Assembly (NCBI GenBank): GCA_000004695.1
Contig: CM000153.2
Location: forward strand, 3,872,001 to 3,936,000
Source: Dictyostelium discoideum
Taxonomy: Eukaryota
Length of the DNA: 64,000 nt
Direction of reading: 5' to 3'
Shown: positions 54,845 to 64,000 of the stretch, piece after piece
Position numbering within the stretch: position 1 is the stretch's first letter
How the letters are laid out: every line of letters begins with the position of its first letter
Program-made: the position numbers and the translations under genes
The notes under the pieces: model-generated
Databases searched by the model: none
What the model was told of the DNA's origin: nothing
Seen by the model: only the letters and a program-made list of their open reading frames with translations

Positions 54845-57117
54845 AATAATAAATAATATTAATTTAGATTTTATTTTATTTTATTTTTAGAACAATTTCA
54901 ATATTATTTGAATCATTTGAAAGAAATTTTGGAATGTCATTAGCAATTAAATATTTAAATTTATCACATAATAAATTTGGAGATATTGGATCACAAGCAA
55001 TTGGTGGATGGATGGCAAAGATTAGAGGATGTCATTCATTGGATTGTTTAGTTTTAGCCAATTGTAATTTGAATTTTCAATTGATGGGACCACCATTACG
55101 TGTTGTCGATATAGCAAGATTAGATTTATCATTGAATAGAATCGATAGAGCATCAGCAAAGATTTTAGGTAATGAAGTATTCGATACAGTTGTCAATTTA
55201 TGTGAATTGAATTTCAGTGGTTGTGGTATGAATGCTGATTCTTTGGAAGACATTTTCATTTCTTTCAATAGAAATAGAAAGATTGCAAATATCTCACTCA
55301 ATCTATCACACAATGCATTGGGTGCCCGTGAAGCAACATTAATGTCAAAATCAATTTCAGGTTGTCGTTATTTGGAGGCATTGGATATCTCAAACAATCG
55401 TTTAAATTGTCGTTCATTAATAGAGCTTTTAAATGCAATTAAAAACATTGATCAATTCAATTTACACGAGTTAAATATTGCAAACAATTACTTTGCACAA
55501 GGTCCTGAAGGTGACCTATTATGCCAACAATTGGCTCACCTAATTAATACTTTCCCAACCATTCGTACACTCAACATCAGTGGTGGTAAATATCCATTGT
55601 CAAAGAGTTTAACACCATTGCTAGAATCATTGGTTAAAAATAATTCACTCAAGGAATTGGATATCTCTGATAATGGTTTAGGTGATTCAATGGCTTCAAT
55701 CATTGGTGAGATGTTAAGAGAAAACACCTCTTTGATCTATTTAAATTTGGATAATAATCAATTTGGTTTATCAGGTTGGACTGCAATTGCTCAACCATTA
55801 CTCTTTGATATCAATAGAACTTTAAATCATTTAATCTTCCCAAAAACTTTAGCTTCTGCTTATACATCAACACTAATTCAAAATTTCGCTTCAACTCTTC
55901 AATCATTTGGTGCCCTTCCAAAAGATAAAAGAAATCAAATCATTTCATTATTCCAAAAAATGCAAGATAAATTGGCTGAAAATAGATTTGAAACTTCTGT
56001 ATTGGATTCAGTTTACGTCTCTGAATATTATAATAAAACTCCTTACACAGTTCATATACCCGAAGATTATGTTACACCATTGGTTGATGTACCTGAACAT
56101 TTATCTTCATTACCACCACCATCTTCACCAACATTATTTGAAAGTGTTAATAATAGTGGTACAATTTCAAATACTACTTCTACTACTACCACTACCGCTG
56201 CCACTGTTGTGGCAACCAATAGTAGTAGTAATGTTCTTCAACATTCAATTAATATGAATAATGGTGGTAGCAATATCAATACTTCAAATAGTAGTGTTGG
56301 TAGTGTTAATAATACAGGCACAACTAATAATAATGTTAATGGTAAACAACAACAACAACAACAATTAAATGGTGCAGGATCATCAACCCCAACAGTTTTA
56401 GCTGCACCATCTGGTGATAGAAATCAACGTTCAAGATCAAATTCAAACTCTTCAACAGCATCAAGTGTAATATCAAAACGTTCAAATGCATCAACAAGTG
56501 CAGCTCCTCCAAGACAATTAATTACACAAACATCAGATTGGCAACCAAATGAAGAAAGTGAAGCCGATATTTATGACACTAGCAATAACAATAGTTTTGT
56601 TGCATACAGTACAGATGATGAAAGTGATAACTATACTCAAGACTCTTATGATGATAATTCCTCAAGAAAATCTAAACAACAACAACTAATGAGAAAATCT
56701 AAACCAAAATCAATAAAGTCAAATGCATCAGTTTCTTCTGTAAAATCTTCAGCATCAATTAAATCAGCGTCATCAGTTAAATCAGCATCATCAGTTAAAT
56801 CAACATCATCAGTTAAATCAGCACCATCAGTTAAATCCTCAAATTCAGTTAAATCCTCAAAATCCTCACAAAAAGAAGTCCAACCACCACCACCTATTGT
56901 AATAAATCATGAGGATGATTCAGAGCAGGAAGAGGAAGAGCAAGAAGAACCAAAATTAGAACCATACCACGAAGAAGAAGAAGAAGAAGAGGAAGAAGAA
57001 GAAAATATTGAATCTCAAACTGATCAAGATGAACAAGTTGATTTCCAAGAAGATGATAACGAAAGAGAAAATAATAATTTAAGTGACTTCCATAGTGATT
57101 CTCAAAAAGTTTTATGA
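53023..57117 (+). CDS. CARMIL-family protein (N-terminal PH-like region, leucine-rich-repeat domain, Ser-rich and acidic C-terminal region); 6 exons 53023..53053, 53204..53382, 53788..54014, 54131..54423, 54552..54807, 54891..57117; 1070 aa
   Basis: The exon chain is collinear with mouse CARMIL1 (KRLIVVGKCKILSIKRGAF compare KVLVLTSCRAFLVTAR; APLEKLQILIRAIRTSYRRI compare [43 protein letters not shown] compare [25 protein letters not shown]). RI-type LRRs (LNLSHNKFGDIGSQAIGG.., LDISDNGLGDSMASIIG..) and an acidic poly-Glu tail follow. Donors A|GTAATT (53054), TCA|GTAAGT (53383), AA|GTAAGT (54015), A|GTATGT (54424) and AA|GTAAGT (54808). All acceptors are TTTAG/TTAAG type. Phases are consistent (1,0,2,1,2). 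Confidence 0.75.
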
Positions 57118-57377
57118 AAAAAAAATAATAATATTAAAACAATAAAAAAAAAAATAATAAAATAAAACCCAAAAAAAAAAAAAAAAATGCATTATGTAAA
57201 ATAAAAATATAATTAATTATTATCTATCTTTCCTTAAAGGGTGTTGTTATTAAATAAAAAATATATTTCTCAAAATAAACACCCATATTTTTTAAAAGTA
57301 AAAATAAAATGTTTCTAAAATAAAAAAAAAAAAAAAAACTGGAAAATTTTTTTGGAAAAAAAAAAAATAAAATGGTT

Positions 57378-57411
<34 letters not shown>

Positions 57412-57643
57412 GGGTTTAAAAAAAAAGGAGGTTGGTTGACTTAAAAAAAAAAATCTATACAATTAATGAAACTGAATAATTATAGAAGGAGGGGAAAGGA
57501 GGAGGAGTTATTTATAAAAAGATTTTTTTTATGTATTTGTTTTAAAAAAAAAAAAAAAAAAAAAAATTGTCGATTGGTTTTTTTTTTTTTTTTTTTGTTT
57601 TTTTTTTTGGGAATGGTTTCTTTTTTAGGTATTAATAATAATT

Positions 57644-57720
<77 letters not shown>

Positions 57721-57774
57721 GTGGAATAAATAAATAAATATGTTTAATTATTATATATTATATTAATTAATTAT

Positions 57775-59220
57775 TTAAATACAAATTGGATCACCTTGAT
57801 TTGGAATAATAATTCTAACACCATTATTATTTGCTTCTTTTAATTGTTGATAGATTACTCTTTGAGTTGTCCAACCATTTGGATCTTCAGCAACTTGTGG
57901 TTTAATGTGTTCGATGATTAATTTAACATGTTTGAGATTAGTCATTGGTGGAGAGGTTTGAATGGATTGAACCAAGAGTTGATCCATTAATTTCATGACA
58001 TCTCTTGGACGGAGATGACCAAACATAGCAGAGTCTGGAGTATTATTTGGGAAAGAAGTTTCGATGTAGATAGCTTTTAATTTATCGATTTTAATTTGTT
58101 TCCAGACGGCATAGATTTTACCTTCCCAATCACAAGCGACAGAGGATGGAACACCAGTATCAGAGAAGAAAGCGATTTGTTCACCAGAGATACTATCAGT
58201 GAAGAGGAAAGAAGTTGATATTAAATTATCGTGACACAATTCAAATGGTTTAACTTTGACAGAGAAAGGGAATTCATTGGCGACCAAAGACATAGTGGTG
58301 GCATTGTATGGGACCAACTCTGTGAATGGATATTCAATGCCACTTGCTAAACTAAAGTATTGATAACGACCAAATGATGGAAGATTTGGCCAAACTTGAT
58401 TATTGAAAAGATTAGTAGAGATTGAATTGATGGTTGATGGTAAACCCATGATGGTTTTCTTTTGGAGGATACTTGAAGAGGTGAAATCAGTTGGTTTGAA
58501 CCCTAATTTACGAATGAGACCCATGATACCATTGTTGATTGGTGGTTGAACATCGATCCAATTCTTTGCTAAATAATCCTCTGGTGAAACTAAAATTAAA
58601 CCACCTACATGATCTAAATGACTGTGACCAATGAAATAACTCATAACGTGATTCTTGAGGAACCATGAGGTTCTTTGCTCTGGTAAAACTGCCCATGATG
58701 GATAGGTAATATTGAAGAGTGTATTGAAATATTTGAAGGTGGTTAATCTTCTAACACCTTGCCATACTGTACCTGCATCCAATGCAATGAAAAGATTACT
58801 ACCTTTCTTTGTCAAGAGGAATGATGAGAGATTACCTTCATCCAATCCACCAGTTGTACCCAATGGTATGGTTATGTATGATGCATCCCTACAATCTTTA
58901 GTTGCAAATGATCCACTATAATAATTCCAATTCTCTGGTGTATAATAATCATTTAAATTATAAAAATTACTACCATCGTTACTGTTTTTAACTGATCTTC
59001 TTTCTGATCTCTCTGCTGAAATTCCTATATCTTCATCGTCATCATCACAATCTTCTTGTTGATGGGAATTTACAATATTTAAAATTATAAAAATTAAAAG
59101 TAATAAACTAATTCTATTTTTGGGAAAAAAAAAAAAAATAAAAAATAAAAATTTCCAAAAAAAAAATTCCAAAAAAAAAAAAAAAAAATTAGTATAAACA
59201 ACAAATCAATTTCTATTTTT

Positions 59221-59258
<38 letters not shown>

Positions 59259-59286
59259 CCACTTACAATTTTTTATTTAATGCCAT
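57775..59286 (-). CDS. pdsA: Secreted class II cyclic-nucleotide (cAMP) phosphodiesterase PdsA; exons 59267..59286 and 57775..59113, 153-bp intron; 452 aa
   Basis: ATG GCA TTA AAT AAA AAA TT|GTAAGT at 59286-59261, acceptor AAAAATAG at 59115-59114 (phase 2), giving MALNKKL|ISLLLLIFIILNIVNS (signal peptide). Class II PDE metal-binding signature IGHSHLDHVGGLIL. The 452-aa length matches the Dictyostelium extracellular phosphodiesterase. Highly-expressed codon usage. Confidence 0.85.
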
Positions 59287-59580
59287 TTTTTTTGTATATT
59301 TTTTGTAGTTATTCGAACTATATTAATTCTTTCTTCTTTTATAATAAAAAAAAAAGATAAAGATATTGGAAAAAAAAAAAATTTTATTTTTTTTTTTTTT
59401 TTTATATATATTTATAAAAAAAAAAATAAGTTAGTAATTTTAATTTTAGTTTTTTTTTTTTTTTTTTTTTTTTTTGATTAAATAAATAAATAAATAAATA
59501 AAATAAATAAAATTTAAAATTAAAAAAAATAAGTGAGTGTGTGGCGTTTGTGGGTTATTGTTATAAATATTTATATGTAT

Positions 59581-59628
<48 letters not shown>

Positions 59629-59923
59629 AAAAAAAAAAAAAAAAAACAAAACCCAATGATATTTTGAATCTGTTATTATTGTTTTAATTTTGAATGTATT
59701 ATTGTTTGAAAAATTAATTTTTTAAAAAAATAAATAAATAAAAAATTTTAAAAATTATATATCCCTTAAAATTTTTTTTTTTTTTTTTTTTTTTAATTTT
59801 TTTTTTTTTAATATCAATTAAATTAAAAACAAATAAAAAATAATAATAAAATTTATCGAGTGTTTTTTGTTTGTGTGTAAACATGAAAAGGTGTATCAAC
59901 ACATAAAAGATCAAAATAAATTA

Positions 59924-59964
<41 letters not shown>

Positions 59965-60479
59965 TAGTAGTAAATAAAAAAAAAAAAAAAATTTTTTTAA
60001 AAAAAAAGGAAATAATAAAACCCCTAATTGTTACACACAATAGATATCGACGAGGTTAGTGTAAAATATACACATTTGTTTCATAACAGTAGTGTTATAA
60101 TTGGTTTCGATCTTTGAAATCGTAAATTATTTTTATATATAATTTAAAATAAATATACTACTATTATACATTATAGAGCTATCCATTATGTCAATATATA
60201 GGGTTTAAATTATTTTTATTATTTTTATTATTCTTATTATTATTATTACTTTTTTTTTTTTTCCTTTTTTTTTTTTTTTTTTTTATTTTTTTTATAACTA
60301 CTTGTGACTTTCATTATTTTGTGTATGATTAATTATTATCACTCTACCCTTAAAAATATTTTATTTTTGGGTATTTTTATATATAGTTTTTGTTTTTGTT
60401 TTTTTTTTTTTTTTTTTAATCATAAAATTAAAAATATAACAATCAATGTTTTATTGTATAAAAAAAAAAACAATAAAAA

Positions 60480-60900
60480 TATCAAGTTTAGTAGTGGGGA
60501 GAAAGAGGGAGTGTGGGCGTATGTGTGGTGTTATAAAAATATAAACATTTAATTAATTTTTTATTTATTTATTTTTTTTATTTATTTTTTATTATTGGTA
60601 GTGGGTGGTGTGATTATTGATGTTTTTATTAAGTAGTGTTATATATGATTTAATTAAATTTTTTTATTAAATAAAAATGTTATATTGAAAAACAAATAAA
60701 CATCATAAAATGTTGATTTATATGGAACTTGGGATGATATAAAAAAATAAAATACATCATCTCTATCTACCATCTAAACACAAAATTAATTACTCACTAT
60801 CGTTTGAATTGAATTGGGCAGTGAGTGGTGTGAAAATCAATGTTGTTATTGAATATTACATAAAATTGTGTGTGGGGTGTTTGGGTGATTTTAGGAGAAA
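60480..60900. promoter_or_regulatory. Cluster of G/T-rich G-box-like elements 1.2-1.6 kb upstream of the pdsA ATG (candidate GBF-type sites of a developmental pdsA promoter)
   Basis: gtagtggggagaaagagggagtgtgggcgtatgtgtggtg (60490-60530), ttggtagtgggtggtgtgatt (60597-60617), gggcagtgagtggtgtg (60816-60832), gtgtgtggggtgtttgggtg (60868-60888) read directly. The assignment to GBF and to the pdsA promoters is inference from known Dictyostelium promoter architecture. Confidence 0.4.
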
Positions 60901-62672
60901 AAAAAATAAAATAAAATAAAATAAAATAAAATATATTATAATGGGTATTATAAAATTATATAATTATATTTTCTACTTGTATTCTAGATAGATAATAAAT
61001 AATAAATATAAAAAAAAAATAATAAAAATTCTAAATATTGATTAAATACAAACAATGAATAATTGTTGCTATTCTTATTGTTAAATTATTATTATTATTT
61101 TTATATTTTTATTTTGTTACAATTTAAGTACTATTACAGTTTTATGATTATTAATAATAATAAAAAAAAAAAAAAAAAAAAAAAAATAAAAGATATTAAA
61201 AAATAAAAAAAAAAAAAAGAAAAGAAATTGAAAAATAAAATAAAAAAAAAATAATTATAAAAAAAAACAGTTGGTGATTTTAAAATCAGACCACACACAC
61301 ACAACGATAAAATCACTGGATTTGTGATTAAATTGGATTATTATAAGGTTGGAAATTTTGATTGATTTCAAAAAAAAAAAAAATAAAAAAAAAAATAAAA
61401 AAAAATAAAAATTGGCAAACGCAAGATATTTTTTTTTTTCCTTTTGATTTGCGCTTTTCCTATACCCTTTTTTAATTTTTTCCATTGTCATGTTGGAATG
61501 AACCCGAAAAATAATTAAAAATTAAAATAATAAAAAAAAATGATTGGTCAAAGCGAACGAAAATAAGGAAAAAATAAAAAAACCAAATTTTGATACATTT
61601 AAATGGAATCATAATAATAAATAAAATAATAATAATTATATTATTTACATACCTTTTTTAATAAATTTTTTAAGGAGTAATAGTACAGAACGAGAGATAA
61701 TTTGATATGGTATTGTTTTTTTATTTTTTTTTTTTGATGTTTTTTTTTTATTTTTTTTTTTTTTTTATTTATTAATTATGATAAAATGGTTAATAAATAA
61801 TTAAATAATTTTTGGTTGGTTGGTTGATTATTTTTGGTATTAATTTATTTTATTATTAAAAATTTTTTTTTTTTTTTTTTTTAACGATTTATTATTGATC
61901 AAAAATTGTAAAAAAAAAATTAATAGTGTGGTAATGATACAAAATTAAATTTTTATTTATTTAATTTATAGTGTTACAAATACAAGTAATAATACAGAAA
62001 AAAGGGTGATATTGTTATTTTTTTACAATTTTGATTTTTTTTTTTTTTTTTATAAATTTGGATTTTTGATTTTTGATTTTTTTTTTTTTTTTTTTTTTAG
62101 TAGTGATACAATGGTGATTTAAAATAGATTGAGATATATAAATAATGATACAAAAAAAGTAATATGGAATTGAAGTTGGTATTTAAAATTACAAATTATT
62201 ATTATTAATGTTACAAGTTTTTTTTTTTTTTTTTTTATTTATTTTTGTTTTTTGTTTTTGTTTTTGATTAATTAAAAAAAAAATTTTTTTTTGATTTTAT
62301 AGACTTTTTTTTTTTTGAAATCAATTGTGGTTGGAGAAAAATAAAATAAAATAAAAAAAAAATAAAATAAAAAAAAAAAAAAATTAAAATTAAAAATAAA
62401 AATCAGATTTGTGAGTGTGATAGAGAGTCAAAAACACTTGATAATGTGAAAAGTCTCTATGGTGTTTGATATATTTACACTAAAAATTTTTATCTTGAAA
62501 TCAAGATGTGTAAATAAAAATAACAAAACTTTTAATACCCCCATTGCGATGCAATATTTAGAAAGTAAAGTGGTTATTTTAAAAAAAAAAAAAAAGTAAG
62601 AAAAACAATATCAACACAATTTTCAATAACTTAGATATATCACACCTATGTGATTGGGGATCTAAAAGTTGG

Positions 62673-62710
<38 letters not shown>

Positions 62711-64000
62711 CATTATTATTTTAACACACACAAATCATTCAAGATTTTGGGAGATTTAAGACACCGAATTTTTTTATTTTATAATGTAATGCGATTAAAT
62801 GAATTTTTTGAAAACTAGAAAAAAAAAAAAAAAAAAAAAAAAAAAAGATTTTTTTTATTTTCAAAAAATAGATTTATTGATTGCGTTTTGTGTGAGTGAG
62901 TATGTTTTTCAAAAAAAAAAAAAATTAAAATAAAAAACCCCCAAAACTTTTAATTAAAAACCAATAAAACACAAAAAAAAAAAAAAAAAAAAAAAGTATT
63001 GATTATTTTCTAATAATCCATATTATCGTTTTCCTCTTTATGTTTCACAATTTTATTGGAATCTATGTGATAAAAAAAAAAAAAAAAAAAAAAAAAAATA
63101 AATGAGTGGTTTTTTTTTTTTTTTTTTTGTAATTTGGTAGTGGTTCTAAAATTGTAAAATAACTAATTTAGATTTATAAAAAAAACCCCAATTTACACTC
63201 GCACATGCAACTTTGATTTTTTTTTTTTTTTTTTTTTTTCAAACAAATAAATATATGAACTGTTTTATTTATTGTCAGTTATTCACAATTTGAATGTCAA
63301 TTAATAAAACGACATCAATGAAAAATAAAATTGGATTTATAAAAATCCTGTGAATGTCTGATATTATTATTATTATTATTTTTATTATTATTAATGTGTA
63401 AGTTGAAATTTAATTGAAAGATTTACAAAATGATCACATATGTTAACCCCAATCAATTTTGATTTGGTCTAAAATTACAAAAAATAACATTCCAATTCTT
63501 AAGAAATAAAAATATTAAATAAATACAAAAATTTGGATAACATCACAAAAAATAAAAATAAAAAAAAAAATAAAAATAAAAATATTAATTATTAGCACGA
63601 AATACTGTTTCACACTTACCTTTTTAAAATTTAGATTTTTTTTTTTTTTTTTTTTTTTTTGTGAACTTTTAATTTGAAATTTGATTTGATTTGAAGTTAA
63701 AATTATCTTTTTTTTTTTTTTTTTTTTTGAATTAATTCAAGATATTTTTTTTTTTTTTAAATTATATCTGTACAGAAATTTTTTTTTTTTTTTTTTTGAA
63801 TAATATAAATAGATAATTAATATGATAATAATAAAATTTACGAATAATAATTATAATAATAATAATAAAGAAGTGATTGTTTTAATTAAATGAAAATATT
63901 TTTTTTAAAAAAAAACTAAAAATGGTGTTTTTATATTCCAAAACGATAAAACCATTTCTAATAATTTCAAAATTTTCAAAGATTTTAATTAATTGATTTT

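Noticed and set aside
62400-62560. Short palindromes (tatttacac..gtgtaaata; atcttgaaatcaagat) far upstream of pdsA
   Set aside because: The arms are only 6-7 bp, within chance expectation for AT-rich DNA. They are noted only as part of the general G/T-box-bearing upstream region.

Overview
The window is Dictyostelium discoideum-type nuclear DNA: about 78% A+T, with poly-Asn/Gln/Thr/Ser coding microsatellites, 70-400 bp AT-rich introns using GTAAGT/GTATGT donors and AG acceptors, and homologs of Dictyostelium genes (pdsA cAMP phosphodiesterase, calcineurin B, CARMIL, rpl37). I identify 23 protein-coding genes plus one pseudogene (many needed manual exon joining because the ORF track often starts at TTG/GTG rather than ATG). 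In order these are: a vinculin-family C-terminal fragment, a 7TM protein, an FHA-domain Chk2/Rad53-like kinase, a secreted Cys-rich protein, a 998-aa PTEN phosphatase+C2 fused in frame to five LIM domains, a DJ-1/PfpI protein, rpl37, a tandem CCCH (TIS11-like) zinc-finger protein, a tandem triplication of a VIT+vWA gene whose middle copy is a decayed pseudogene, a candidate signal-peptide/poly-Ser gene antisense to a (GAW)n acidic tract, two membrane proteins, a RING/B-box protein with about 20 TPR-like 40-aa repeats, an EEP-family protein, a PIG-Y homolog interrupted by a 100-N assembly gap, calcineurin B, an ABCF3/GCN20 ABC protein, a CARMIL-like LRR protein and pdsA. Non-coding features are a tRNA-Asp(GUC) with T-run terminator and downstream external B-box, a nearby cluster of three copies of a ~150-bp repeat arranged as inverted repeats (TIR/foldback-like), two adjacent perfect palindromes, a ~7.3-kb ORF-free tract rich in G/T and C/A boxes, G-box clusters upstream of pdsA and many simple repeats. 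It is not prokaryotic: there are no operons, CRISPR arrays or defence islands. The most notable observations are the PTEN-LIM fusion, the VIT-vWA triplication with pseudogene, the RING/B-box/TPR-like repeat protein, the tRNA-associated repeat cluster and the gene desert.
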